Part shown: positions 17,722-27,176 of the stretch, piece after piece
Layout: every line of letters begins with the position of its first letter
Position numbering within the stretch: position 1 is the first letter of the stretch
Source of the DNA: Hyperthermus butylicus DSM 5456
GTDB taxonomy: Archaea > Thermoproteota > Thermoprotei_A > Sulfolobales > Pyrodictiaceae
Direction: 5' to 3'
Assembly: GCF_000015145.1 (NCBI RefSeq)
Contig: NC_008818.1
Coordinates: 630,001 to 662,000 of the forward strand
Length of the DNA stretch: 32,000 nt
The notes under the pieces: model-generated
Databases searched by the model: none
Seen by the model: only the letters and a program-made list of their open reading frames with translations
Told to the model about the DNA's origin: nothing
Program-made: the position numbers and the translations under genes

Positions 17722-18159
17722 AGGGTAGAATAGTGCTTGATGCAAGCGTGCTGATAGAGCTACTCGCCGGGAGCCCGGCGGTGAAGCCGCTGGTTGAGGC
17801 GATAATTGCTGGTAGAGTTGAGGCGTACACGTCGAGGCTAAGCATAGTAGAAGCATTATACGTAACCTGCAGGCTCTGGGGAATGGAGAAGGCTAGGGAG
17901 CGGCTCCAAAATACTCCTCGACTCAGAAATGATAGAGGTTGTAGAAGAAGACGAGATATGGGAATACGTTGCCAACTGCAAATGTAGAATACCAATAAGC
18001 CTCGGCTACTGTCATACACTAGCAGCAGCAAAGAAGTACAGGATGAGACCCCTATTCCTCCGCCCCGAGAGAGAACTAGTAGAGAACCAAGACGCCATAG
18101 CAGAATGGCTAGGCATAGCTCCACTCTACTTATCAGAGGCGCAACCCAGGCACGGCTGA
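17709..18159 (+). pseudogene. vapC: PIN-domain toxin VapC, frameshifted
   Basis: Frame 1 gives RIVLDASVLIELLAG...SIVEALYVTCRLWGMEKARERL. Frame 2 gives KILLDSEMIEVVEEDEIWEYVANCKCRIPISLGYCHTLAAAKKY. The junction is at CTCCAAAAT (~17903-17912). Confidence 0.75.
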
Positions 18160-18288
18160 AAGCACAAAACAGCGCAGCTAGAATGGGGCAATAATCTAGA
18201 TATTATCGATGTAGCAAGAGTAAACATTGACGGAAAAGAAGGGTACCTCCACAGAGTTCCAAGCTAGCTAGCGAGGGGTCCGGATCAG

Positions 18289-18388
18289 GTGGGCGTGATG
18301 ACTTGGGAGGCCCCAGGAGTGCGGCCCGCGGCTCAGCCGCCCTCGCCCCACGGGGCGGCGATGCTGAACAGGCTAGGCTCTGACCCTC
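18289..18388 (+). ncRNA. Candidate C/D-box sRNA, atypically long
   Basis: The C box GTGATGA is at 18295-18301. A C'-like ATGCTGA lies at 18361-18367, exactly 12 nt before the D box CTGA at 18380-18383. Flanking GGG/CCC could pair. The central 43 nt are GC-rich and contain a 7-bp hairpin (GCCGCCC/GGGCGGC). The D' box is poor (CAGG). Confidence 0.3.
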
Positions 18389-18606
18389 TTCTAATCTCCT
18401 AAGCCCTATGCTTGCCCATGGGTGTCATGTGGAGCAATAGTGTTCTCGGCGACCTTCACTTATGTAGTATAGAACATGACCCTAGGCTTGTTATCGTGTG
18501 TTATTGTATTATTCCTTCTGGCTGAGCGTGTAATGCATAGGTGTAGCTGCTACTCTGGGACTGATAGAGCCCCTATTTCCTGGTTACTGCGTTACACTGT
18601 TACTGG

Positions 18607-18909
18607 GTGACAGACCTGTCTGCCTCGGAAACCGTCCGGGTGAGCAGAATCACCCGGCAGCGGCTAGAGGAGCTCCGCGCCAGGCTAGTTCTGGAGACCG
18701 GTAAGAGATACACCATCCAGGAGATAGTCGACGCTGCAGTAGCGATAGCGGCTAGGATGCGGGATGAGCTGCTCCGCGAGCTGGGAGCCTGGGAGCCGCT
18801 CAGCCGGGATGAGGCCGAAAAGCTGCTAGACATGTACAGCATAGATCTCCCCGTTGAGGACGTGGAAGAGGATATCGATAAGGTGCTATACGGTGAGCTT
18901 ACTGGTTGA
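18607..18909 (+). CDS. VapB-like antitoxin
   Basis: 100 aa. ETVRVSRITRQRLEELRARL...YTIQEIVDAAV resembles the antitoxin at 17459. It overlaps the downstream PIN gene. Confidence 0.7.
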   Translation: MTDLSASETVRVSRITRQRLEELRARLVLETGKRYTIQEIVDAAVAIAARMRDELLRELGAWEPLSRDEAEKLLDMYSIDLPVEDVEEDIDKVLYGELTG

Positions 18910-19300
18910 CACTGGTGTCATATTAGCTGCGCTAGCGAGAAGAGAGAAGAGGCACAGCTGGACCAAAAGGCTAATGGTCGATATACTCGCTGGCCGCTAC
19001 GGCGTCCCCTTCGTCACAGACTATATCGTCGACGAGGTGCTCAGCTACGCCGCTGCCCGTCTCACCCCGGAGGATGCTAGGAAGCTTCTTGACCTCCTCG
19101 TCCACCGCCAGGTGTTCCGCATAATACCATTAACGCTTGACGTGTTCAACCGCGCCGTAAAGCTCTACGAGCAAGCCCTGCCCAGGCTCAGCTTCACCGA
19201 CGCAACAGCGGTGGTGGCGGCAAAGCTATACGATGTAGACTACATCGCCACAATGGATGAGAGGCTAGCAGACATGCACCCCAGCCTCTACCCGCAATAA
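18893..19300 (+). CDS. vapC: PIN-domain toxin VapC
   Basis: LLVDTGVILAAL...VTDYIVDEVLSY...LSFTDATAVVAAKLYDVDYIATMDERL carries the PIN acidic residues. The in-frame GTG at 18893 overlaps the antitoxin end. The ORF is open from 18854. Confidence 0.8.
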   Translation: MSLLVDTGVILAALARREKRHSWTKRLMVDILAGRYGVPFVTDYIVDEVLSYAAARLTPEDARKLLDLLVHRQVFRIIPLTLDVFNRAVKLYEQALPRLSFTDATAVVAAKLYDVDYIATMDERLADMHPSLYPQ

Positions 19301-19510
19301 GGCATACACAAGCCCGCTATACACAGGCTCGCCACAACCAGGTATTGGTGCCGTCCACCCGGCGGCCAAGCATACAACACATATGGCCAAGAGCAGCATA
19401 GGGGCGTAATGTTGAAGTGCTTTAAGTATACTCTCGCATGTCCAGCTGCTGGCGATATGAAAGTATTTTGGTGCTTTTCATACTTGTGGTTCTCACTAGT
19501 TCTATTGTCA

Positions 19511-20485
19511 CTAACTCATCTCGTATATGAGCCGAGTTAAGTGTTCGAGGCCTGGATGCCTACGGTATGCGGGCTCTTCCACTTTCTCATTCTCTGCCCG
19601 TACCGCTATGCAGTAGAGCGTAGCTGCGGCCTGCGATAGTATTGTGGACCAGCAGTCGCCCGTGGCGGGCACCGTGTAGACCTGGAAGCCCGCCTCCCGG
19701 AGTGTCTCCAGTGCTTCCCTCTGTCTGTCACGGCTGGCGATCGAGGACTCGTACACCGCTACTGTCTTGGCTGTGTAGATGGGGGCGTGTACGAGCTGTT
19801 CCAGCCGGTGCGAGGGTGCAGCTTCGCCCCAGACCTCGGCCCTCTTCAGCTCGGCGTAGTGTGCCGAGCTGTAGGCCTCGCAGGCTCCGGCGTAGGCGTC
19901 TGCGCGTGCCAGTTCGCAGGGAGCATCTAGGTTTGCCACCTGGGGCTGGGCGCCGAGGAGCCCGGCAAGAGCGGCGAGCATCGCTACATGCCTAGCTGCG
20001 CCGATGCCCGATGCAAGCCCCGTGTAGACAAGCTCCACGGCATCGTTGGCCAGGCTTGCCAGGGGCGTACCTGGCCCCGTTACAGCCACGACACGGCCTC
20101 CAAGCTCCCGGTACCGCTGTGCAACATCCAGCACGGCACGTGTCCTACCGCCAACACTGAGGGCTACCAGGATGCAGCCCTTACGGGCGAGCCTCCCCAG
20201 CCGCCCAGAGTACAGGGCGTCGAAGGGATCGAGAGCCTCGGCTGTGCCGCCGCTACACGCCTCCAGGGCTAGAGCGGCAGCGTAACTATCACCAGCACCT
20301 ATAGCTGCGATGCACTCGGCACCCTCTAGGAGGGGTTTGGTATGCTCAAGCTGCTCCGAGACAATGGCATTGATTCTCTCTAGCTCCGAGAGGATATACT
20401 TAGCGAGGTTAGCCAAGGTTTGGGCACCCGAAAATTCCGTGTCCGAGAAGAGTAGGCAGCACAACATATTCCCCTGCGACGCCAC
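19511..20485 (-). CDS. SIS-domain sugar-phosphate isomerase/aminotransferase-like protein
   Basis: 324 aa. AIGAGDSYAAALALEA...ILVALSVGGRTRAVLDVAQRYRELGGRVVAVTG is the SIS phosphosugar-binding pattern. The specific function is not assignable from sequence alone. Confidence 0.7.
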   Translation of the reverse strand: MASQGNMLCCLLFSDTEFSGAQTLANLAKYILSELERINAIVSEQLEHTKPLLEGAECIAAIGAGDSYAAALALEACSGGTAEALDPFDALYSGRLGRLARKGCILVALSVGGRTRAVLDVAQRYRELGGRVVAVTGPGTPLASLANDAVELVYTGLASGIGAARHVAMLAALAGLLGAQPQVANLDAPCELARADAYAGACEAYSSAHYAELKRAEVWGEAAPSHRLEQLVHAPIYTAKTVAVYESSIASRDRQREALETLREAGFQVYTVPATGDCWSTILSQAAATLYCIAVRAENEKVEEPAYRRHPGLEHLTRLIYEMS

Positions 20486-20849
20486 TTATATGTGGTGGTC
20501 AGCCAGAGCTTTAACTCCTAGCTGCATGACGCGAAAACTACCAGCATTAAAAGCCGTGCTGCATAGAGGAGGTAACGATCTGTGGCCCATCCATACGAGA
20601 TTACGGTGAAGGTTTCGATTCTTCTCGGAGGACTCCCCATTAGCATTGATAGCTAGTGTTGACGAGGCCAAAGAAGGTAGTTGCATGTGTTATAGCGCTT
20701 GATAACCCCCGATAGCTATGTCTGATGCGAACTTCTTTATCCGCTAGTACGGTTCGACCATGAAGCCAGCAAGTACCGTATTGGCTCCCTATATATTGAT
20801 TATCTCGCGTCTAGAATGGTTATGCTCATGGCGCTGTGCTTGCTCCAAC

Positions 20850-20960
20850 ATTTGTTTATGAGTTTTTGTACTGGTTAGCTTTCCGAATTATAATGTGTAG
20901 AATAATATAATTTTTAAAATATGTCATTTTAAGGTTAGTCCTATAACATCTGAGATACTC
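20850..20960. promoter_or_regulatory. AT-rich block upstream of the oxidoreductase operon
   Basis: GAATTATAATGTGTAGAATAATATAATTTTTAAAATATGTCATTTTAAGG is by far the most AT-rich stretch in the window. It has several TATA-like boxes, 75-180 bp upstream of 21032. Confidence 0.4.
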
Positions 20961-21031
20961 GTTATTACCTCCTAGCCAGCCGTTCTATCAGCGGTGAGTC
21001 CGGCAGCGTCGTTCTGGGGTGCCGTGGTGCC

Positions 21032-21610
21032 TTGCCTCGTGTCGAGCTACGGTTCCATGGCAGGGGCGGTCAGGGTGCGGTGACAGCTGCAAAGATTGTT
21101 GCTGCTGCCGCGATCATGGAGGGCCGGTATGCGCTGGCCTTCCCGGAGTATGGTGCTGAGAGGCGTGGAGCCCCCGTCGTCGCCTACACGAGGATCGACG
21201 AGGAGCCTATTCTCGAGAGAGAGCCAATCCTCGAGCCCGACGTAGTCGTGGTGCTCGACCCATCCCTAGACCCCAAGGTGTACATGTCTGGGCTGAAGAG
21301 CGACGGTATCCTGGTGATCAACACGAAGAAGACGCTTGACCAGCTAAGTGAATACATTGGAAGGGCTGGGTTCCGGCCGCCACGCTGCATAGCGCTGGTG
21401 AACGCTACTGATATAGCGTTGAAGCATCTGCGCGCGCCGATTGTCAACACCGCGATGCTGGGCAGCCTGATAAAGGCGGCTCGTGTCGTATCGCTCGACT
21501 CTGTTATCGAGAAGGTTAGGGAGACGTTTGGCGAGAGACCCCACGTTATTGAACCCAATATCCGGGCCATAGAGGAGGCCTACAACTCGACCCAGGTGAT
21601 ATGTAGTTGA
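21032..21610 (+). CDS. porG: 2-oxoacid (pyruvate/ketoisovalerate-type):ferredoxin oxidoreductase, gamma subunit
   Basis: 192 aa. ELRFHGRGGQGAVTAAKIV...FPEYGAERRGAPVVAYTRID is the canonical gamma-subunit motif. Confidence 0.9.
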   Translation: MPRVELRFHGRGGQGAVTAAKIVAAAAIMEGRYALAFPEYGAERRGAPVVAYTRIDEEPILEREPILEPDVVVVLDPSLDPKVYMSGLKSDGILVINTKKTLDQLSEYIGRAGFRPPRCIALVNATDIALKHLRAPIVNTAMLGSLIKAARVVSLDSVIEKVRETFGERPHVIEPNIRAIEEAYNSTQVICS

Positions 21611-21951
21611 GCGGGATGGAGAGGTATCTCGGCCGGAAGTACCCGCAGGGCTATGAGGACATACCCTTAGCAGCTATTGTGCCCTGGCCAGGCAATACTG
21701 CGGAGCTGCCGAAGCACGAGTGGAGGACCTTCAGGCCGGTAATCAACCAGGATAAGTGTGTGAGGTGCAGGCTCTGCTGGACATACTGCCCAGACGGCGC
21801 TATAGTCGAACTCGACAAGGAGTATGTTACAAGCACGGGCCGGAAGTACAAGATAACATTCGAGGTGAACTACGACTACTGTAAGGGCTGTGGTATTTGT
21901 GCCAACGAGTGTCCCGTAAAGGCTATTGAGATGGTTCCGGAGGAGAGGTGA
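21607..21951 (+). CDS. porD: 2-oxoacid:ferredoxin oxidoreductase, delta subunit (2x[4Fe-4S])
   Basis: 114 aa with CVRCRLCWTYCP and CKGCGICANECP. It overlaps the gamma stop codon by 4 nt. Confidence 0.9.
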   Translation: MSGMERYLGRKYPQGYEDIPLAAIVPWPGNTAELPKHEWRTFRPVINQDKCVRCRLCWTYCPDGAIVELDKEYVTSTGRKYKITFEVNYDYCKGCGICANECPVKAIEMVPEER

Positions 21952-21958
21952 GGAGGCC

Positions 21959-23215
21959 GTGGCCTCGGCGGTTGAGACTAAGCCCGTGGAGAAGGAGCTC
22001 GGGAAGCCTCACGAACGCATAGCCGCCACGGGAGGCGAGGCTGCAGCCTACGCTGCCAGGGATGCAGACATAGACGTGGCTGCAATCTACCCGATCACGC
22101 CACAGACACCCATCGCGGAGAAGATAGCAGAGCTCGTGGCTAATGGCGAGCTGGACGCGGAGCTGATACACGTCGAGAGCGAGCACAGCGCCATGAGCGC
22201 AACAATAGCAGCTGCAGCCACCGGCGCAAGGGTGTTCACCGCCACCGCTAGCCAGGGCCTAGAGCTGATGCACGAAATGCTCTACATAGCTAGCAGCCTA
22301 AGACAGCCCGTGGTAATGGCCCTCGCTACCAGAGCGCTAAGCGCCCCGATAAACATCTGGAACGACTACGCCGACGCGATGAGCATGAGGGATACAGGCT
22401 GGATAATGATCTTCAGCGAGAACGTCCAGGAGGTCTACGACAACATGATACAAGCATACTACATAGCTGAACACCCCGACGTACTCCTACCCGTGGTGGT
22501 AACCCTCGACGGCTTCATACTAAGTCACACGATGGAGGCCCTCGAGCTGATACCCAGGGACGAGGTGCTAGCCTACGCCCCGAAGAGGCCTCGTAGCTAC
22601 CGCCCAGTACTAGACCCAGACAAGCCCATATCAATCGGCGTGCTGGGAGGCCCCAACTGGTACTACGAGGCAAAGATACAGCACGTCCTAGCCCTAAGGG
22701 AGTCCCCGAGGATAATCGAGGAGGCTGCGAGGCTGTTCGAGAAGCGTTTCGGCAGAAGCTACGGCTTCATAGAGAAGTACATGATGGACGATGCCGAGGT
22801 AGCTATGGTAGCTATGGGTGCTACGGCGAGCCTGGTAAAGGCTGCCGTGAAGAGGCTAAGGAAGGAGGGCGTAAAGGCTGGCATGATAAAGATCCGTGTA
22901 TACAGGCCGTTCCCGGCAGAGGAGATAGTAAAGGCGCTCGAGAACGTGAAGGCCGTCGGCGTGCTCAACAGAGCGATAGCGTACGGCGCTCCAGTCGAGG
23001 AGCCCCTATTCCAGGACGTGGTGACAGCGCTAGCCGTGAGGGGGATAATGAAGCCTATGGTGAGCTTCGTCCATGGTATGGGTGGCAGGGACATATTCGT
23101 GAGGGAGATAGTGGACATGTACAAGAAGCTCCTCGACGCCGCAAGGGAGGGCAAGAGTGTGACCCGCACACTCTTCTGGGGCGTAAAGAACCTCGAAGGC
23201 AAACCATACATCTAG
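21959..23215 (+). CDS. porA: 2-oxoacid:ferredoxin oxidoreductase, alpha subunit
   Basis: GGEAAAYAARDADIDVAAIYPITPQTPI...HVESEHSAMSATIAAAATGARVFTATASQGLELMHE. The ORF is open from 21926, and the in-frame GTG at 21959 just after the delta stop is the likelier start. Confidence 0.9.
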   Translation: MASAVETKPVEKELGKPHERIAATGGEAAAYAARDADIDVAAIYPITPQTPIAEKIAELVANGELDAELIHVESEHSAMSATIAAAATGARVFTATASQGLELMHEMLYIASSLRQPVVMALATRALSAPINIWNDYADAMSMRDTGWIMIFSENVQEVYDNMIQAYYIAEHPDVLLPVVVTLDGFILSHTMEALELIPRDEVLAYAPKRPRSYRPVLDPDKPISIGVLGGPNWYYEAKIQHVLALRESPRIIEEAARLFEKRFGRSYGFIEKYMMDDAEVAMVAMGATASLVKAAVKRLRKEGVKAGMIKIRVYRPFPAEEIVKALENVKAVGVLNRAIAYGAPVEEPLFQDVVTALAVRGIMKPMVSFVHGMGGRDIFVREIVDMYKKLLDAAREGKSVTRTLFWGVKNLEGKPYI

Positions 23216-23233
23216 CCCGAGGGGTGAACGGGT

Positions 23234-24181
23234 ATGGCTGTTAGGTTCAAGACCCTCTGGGATATCCCGCGCGAGGAGAGGTTCGCCCCTGGCCACCTAA
23301 TGTGCCAGGGCTGCGCAGCAGCACTAGTAATGAGGATGCTGACGAAGGTTATTGGCAAGGATGCGATAATAGTTAACGCAACCGGCTGCGTAGAGGTCAC
23401 CACTACACCGTTCCCCTACACGGCATGGAAGCACCCATGGCTCCACCTGGCATTCGAGAATGCGGGCGCAGCTGCTAGCGGCGTAGAGGCAGCCCTGAAG
23501 GCGCTGCAGAGGAAGGGTGCGATAGACCCGAACCGCAGGATTAAGGTTGTAGCAATAGCTGGTGATGGTGGCACCTTCGATATAGGCCTCCAGAGCCTCA
23601 GCGGCATGCTGGAACGCGGCCACGACGTAATGTTCGTGGTCTATGACAACGAGGCCTACATGAACACTGGCATCCAGAGGAGCGGCGCAACACCCTACGG
23701 TGCATGGACGACAACAACACCGGTAGGCAAGAAGATGCGCGGCGAGTGGAGGCCAAAGAAGGACCTCATAGGCATAGCGCTCGCCCACAGGATACCATAC
23801 ATAGCAACCGCGAGCCCCGCCTACCCGCTAGACATGCTCGAGAAGTTCCGCAAAGCCTACGAAACCAGGGGGCCAAGCCTAGTACACGTACTGAGCCCAT
23901 GCACGCCGGGCTGGAGAATACCCACAGACAAGACGATCGAGGTTGCAAGGCTAGCCGTGCAGACCGGTATGTGGGTACTCCTAGAGATAGAGAATGGCAA
24001 GCCAAAGGTAACAGTGAAGGTGCCAAAGAGGAAGCACGTACGCCACTACCTCAAGCTGCAGGGCAGGTTCCGCCACCTAACCGACGAAGAGATAGAGCAG
24101 ATACAACGCATGGTAGACCACTACGTAGAAGAGATAAACAAGTGGGTAGGCGAACAAGCCATAGGCCCAGTAGTAGAGTAA
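23234..24181 (+). CDS. porB: 2-oxoacid:ferredoxin oxidoreductase, beta subunit (TPP-binding)
   Basis: 315 aa. It has GHLMCQGCAAAL and a TPP motif VVAIAGDGGTFDIGLQSLSGMLERGHDVMFVVYDNEAYMNTG. Confidence 0.9.
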   Translation: MAVRFKTLWDIPREERFAPGHLMCQGCAAALVMRMLTKVIGKDAIIVNATGCVEVTTTPFPYTAWKHPWLHLAFENAGAAASGVEAALKALQRKGAIDPNRRIKVVAIAGDGGTFDIGLQSLSGMLERGHDVMFVVYDNEAYMNTGIQRSGATPYGAWTTTTPVGKKMRGEWRPKKDLIGIALAHRIPYIATASPAYPLDMLEKFRKAYETRGPSLVHVLSPCTPGWRIPTDKTIEVARLAVQTGMWVLLEIENGKPKVTVKVPKRKHVRHYLKLQGRFRHLTDEEIEQIQRMVDHYVEEINKWVGEQAIGPVVE

Positions 24182-24189
24182 ACCCGAGC

Positions 24190-24200
24190 ATTTTTCTTTC
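24190..24200 (+). terminator. T-run after porB
   Basis: TTTTTCTTTC starts 10 nt after the stop codon. Confidence 0.35.
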
Positions 24201-24438
24201 GCACACCCACTCTCTCCTCACAGTCAAGCTCTACGCGCTTTCAAGCCTATACCTTGCAGCTCCATGTACTGGGCGCCTTACACAGTATCAGCTCCCTGCA
24301 CAATCCTGAAGTATTCTGGTCAAGTATATCCTGGCGGGCATACAGCGTAGTAGCCGTGGCATGACAAGCGATTATGTGGCATAGTCGGAGTAAAAAGCAT
24401 AATTGGCTACAATAGGGTAGCATTATTGTAGGTGGCGG

Positions 24439-24642
24439 TTGTCTAAGGTTATCCGTGTTAGGTACGAGAACGGCGTACTAAAGCCTCTTGAGCCTTTAGA
24501 ATTTGAGGAGGGAAAAGAACTTGTCATCAGGATTATAGATGTTGAGGAGAGGAGAAGAGTGCTCAGGAAATACAAGGGTATTCTGGGGCCCGTGGACTCT
24601 AGGCTGCATGAGGAAGCCTTAGAAGAGGCTGAGCACCTTTGA
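24439..24642 (+). CDS. Small antitoxin of the archaeal DUF104-like type
   Basis: 67 aa. VIRVRYENGVLKPLEPLEFEEGKELVIRI is the hallmark of this antitoxin family. It overlaps the downstream PIN ORF by 4 nt. Confidence 0.75.
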   Translation: MSKVIRVRYENGVLKPLEPLEFEEGKELVIRIIDVEERRRVLRKYKGILGPVDSRLHEEALEEAEHL

Positions 24643-25033
24643 TATATGTTGACTCTAACGCGCTAGTATACCTGTTGCATGATGTGAAACCTAAATCCGA
24701 CCTAGTATCTAGCTATCTGGTCCAAGTAGACCGGGTCTATACTAGTCTTAGAACTGTGGAAGAGGTGTCATACGTACTGATTAGGATAAAGGCTGCTAGG
24801 CATTACGGTGTAAGGGGTATATATCAGGTTAGGGAGGCGGTGAAAAAGCATGGTCTAGAATTTGTAGAGGAGGAATTGGCTGCCCTAAGAAGCCTATTGG
24901 AGGAATATGGGATATTAGGTTACTTCCAGGGGATGCCATTATCGCTTTGACATGTAGGCATTATGGTATTGATACTATCCCGACATTTAATAATGATTTT
25001 AGGCGTGTGCCTTGGCTAAGAGTTGTCCCCTAA
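24639..25033 (+). pseudogene. PIN-domain toxin, frameshifted
   Basis: Frame 1 gives MIYVDSNALVYLL...TSLRTVEEVSYVL...LLEEYGI. The +2 frame gives LLPGDAIIALTCRHYGIDTIPTFNNDFRRVPWLRVVP, ending at 25033. The break is near 24905-24912. Confidence 0.75.
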
Positions 25034-25242
25034 ACTCTAGGAATGGGGGTAGTAGCGAGCCATAGTGGTCTAAAGGTAGAGAATTAGTGGCTGGAAGCGG
25101 TTATCGAAATAGAAGCCATCTACAAACTATACCGTCATTATTCGGGGTCTCGTCTGTAGCTGCAACATGCTCGGAATTCACGCATATCTAGCTTGAGGTT
25201 TCGTATGCAGCCCCAAGCGTCCTGAACGAGTTTTTCAGAAAT

Positions 25243-25683
25243 TTACTTAGTGTCAACGATCTCCTCTGTATAGAGCTTAATGCTGGAACACACTGTGCTA
25301 GAAGCTATGGATTCTAGAGCTGGATGGAGGCTTGGGAAGTGGGTACTCTTCGGGTACCTCACGTGGTTTAGAGTTGCAAGCATGCTATACGCCACGTCCG
25401 CTGATTCCTCCCTAACGGGTAGAGCAAGCATATCGGCATTCAGGACGTCCAGCCCACGCAGCCTATGCGCATAGCTATACATCGCCGAGGAAACGTCAAG
25501 GCACAATACCTCTATGCCGCGGCTTCTTAAAAACCCCCAGCAACCCTACCCGTTCTACACCCTATGTCCAAGAGTAAGGCTTTACGGAGGTCTATGGACG
25601 CAAAATCTCTCTACGAGGCTTACTAGGTACCGTACATCATTCTCTGGGCTCCACGAAAACATAACATCATAAATCTCAGCTCG
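25243..25683 (-). pseudogene. Class I SAM-dependent methyltransferase, multiply frameshifted
   Basis: Three frames carry the family blocks. They are EIYDVMFSWSPENDVRYLVSLVERF, ALLLDIGCRTGRVAGG (motif I) and FLRSRGIEVLCLDVSSAMYSYA..LNADMLALPVREESADVAYSMLATLNHV. Confidence 0.7.
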
Positions 25684-26405
25684 TCAGTACAAGTCCACGT
25701 GGATGGCGTGAAAAGCTCTCGAACAGCATCTCGGAGAAGTATATAGAGTCTTGAGGATTGGCGGTGTATACGTTGCAGACCTCGTCGTCGGGTCGTCCGG
25801 ATGTATTGGTATCTGCGAGGAATGGAGTGTAAGGTATATGGGAAGAAGCTGCACGGCCCGATACATTATAGAATCAATCGAGGACGGATACTATGTGGAA
25901 CGCTTAGAACTCACATGCGCGGATGGCCTACGCTATTACTCCAGATCGAGGCTATTCGCGCCCAAGGCAGACAGCTTGGGTAGAAACAGCTGCGAGGACC
26001 GGCTTCGGCAAGGTGTTGCTACTCAAGCCGTTCACCATAGAAGCTACCAGCAAACCCCAAGGGAGAATCTTTGCAGTACTCGTCAAGACACAGCACGTCC
26101 AGCCCCGAGAGCACTAGAGGCAAGTACTCACCAGGGGGCGGTCTCGGAACCTAGTAAGGCTCTAGAGTAATGCTGTTGGTGAGTCTCTACACCTAATTAC
26201 CTAGACGTCTAGGACGATGACGTTGCCTATGAGCGTCCTATAGAGGGTTCACGCTGACTACACTGTCGCTCACAGGCAAGTACTAGAGTAGTGCATGCCA
26301 CAGGAGTCATGATGGTGCCAGTAGCTGGCAGTGCAGGGAAGTATGTTGTCTAAGTACCCGTAATCTAATTAACGTGGGACCCACGCATAGTAATACGGTG
26401 GGTTT

Positions 26406-26708
26406 ATGGCTGTTCGCGTAAAGGTTGATGAAAGGGGTAGGATAACGCTACCTAAGGAGATACGTGTAGCCCTCAACATAATGCCTGGGGATGAGCTGTC
26501 AGTAAATGTTGTAGGAAATAAAATAATTATTGAGAAAAGCATGAATCCATTCGAAAAGCTAAGTAGACTACTTGGCAACATATCATTTGACAGACATCTA
26601 CGTATCGAGGCTGAACGGGAAGCATTAAGGAGCACCAGGGAGAGGCTGGATAAACGTGCCAAGGAAATGCCTCCTCGAAACGGGCTTTCTACTGGCGCTC
26701 AACCCTAA
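26406..26708 (+). CDS. AbrB/SpoVT-type antitoxin
   Basis: MAVRVKVDERGRITLPKEIRVALNIMPGDELSVNVVGNKIIIEK is a swapped-hairpin AbrB domain. It overlaps the downstream PIN ORF. Confidence 0.8.
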   Translation: MAVRVKVDERGRITLPKEIRVALNIMPGDELSVNVVGNKIIIEKSMNPFEKLSRLLGNISFDRHLRIEAEREALRSTRERLDKRAKEMPPRNGLSTGAQP

Positions 26709-27072
26709 TGATAAGAATCACCAGTGGGCCCTCGAAGTCCTTGCTAGAGCTAAGAGAGGCGAGCTAGAGATTTGCATTTCGCCAGCTGCTCTAGTAGAAG
26801 TATCGCTCATACTGAGAAGCCAGGGAGTAAGCGATGATGTTATAGCAGAAGTACTCAGAACTATGGATGATGCAATAAGCCTTTATACTAGGCCGCAATA
26901 CTGCAGCTTAACACTGCGACATCTCTCGTATGCAGCAGAGCTAAGAACAAAATACCAGAACCTCACATTCTTCGACTCCATACATGCAGCAATAGCCATC
27001 ATAGACAAGTTAGCATACATAGACCTTGACCCTATAGTACGGGACGTAGTTAAATTGGAAACGAAACGCTAG
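26656..27072 (+). CDS. PIN-domain protein (VapC-like)
   Basis: 138 aa. It has CLLETGFLLAL at the N-terminus (E where D is usual), SPAALVEVSL and LTFFDSIHAAIAI. Confidence 0.7.
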   Translation: MPRKCLLETGFLLALNPNDKNHQWALEVLARAKRGELEICISPAALVEVSLILRSQGVSDDVIAEVLRTMDDAISLYTRPQYCSLTLRHLSYAAELRTKYQNLTFFDSIHAAIAIIDKLAYIDLDPIVRDVVKLETKR

Positions 27073-27176
27073 GTATACCTGTCTACTCTAATAATACATT
27101 AGTCTTACCTAAGCCATATTTCTCCTTAACAAGCAACTTAAATCGACTTGCATCGTTAATTTGCTTAGGGAGACAA

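Noticed and set aside
20850-20960. The AT-rich block considered as a replication-origin unwinding element.
   Set aside because: I could find no ORB or mini-ORB-like inverted repeats around it, and there is no orc1/cdc6 gene nearby. A promoter region for the por operon is the simpler explanation.
23324-24309. 201-aa plus-strand ORF at 23704-24309 and 154-aa minus-strand ORF at 23324-23788 overlapping porB.
   Set aside because: They are out of frame with the TPP-motif-bearing porB frame and have R/P/E-rich low-complexity sequence.
25751-26170. 139-aa plus-strand ORF and neighbouring short ORFs in the AT-rich island. The minus strand reads PGEYLPLVLSGLDVLCLDEY, faintly resembling a Walker-B-like segment.
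   Set aside because: There is no recognisable motif set, the region is stop-ridden in all frames, and the ORF composition is poor. It may be a relic of a decayed gene, but nothing can be supported.
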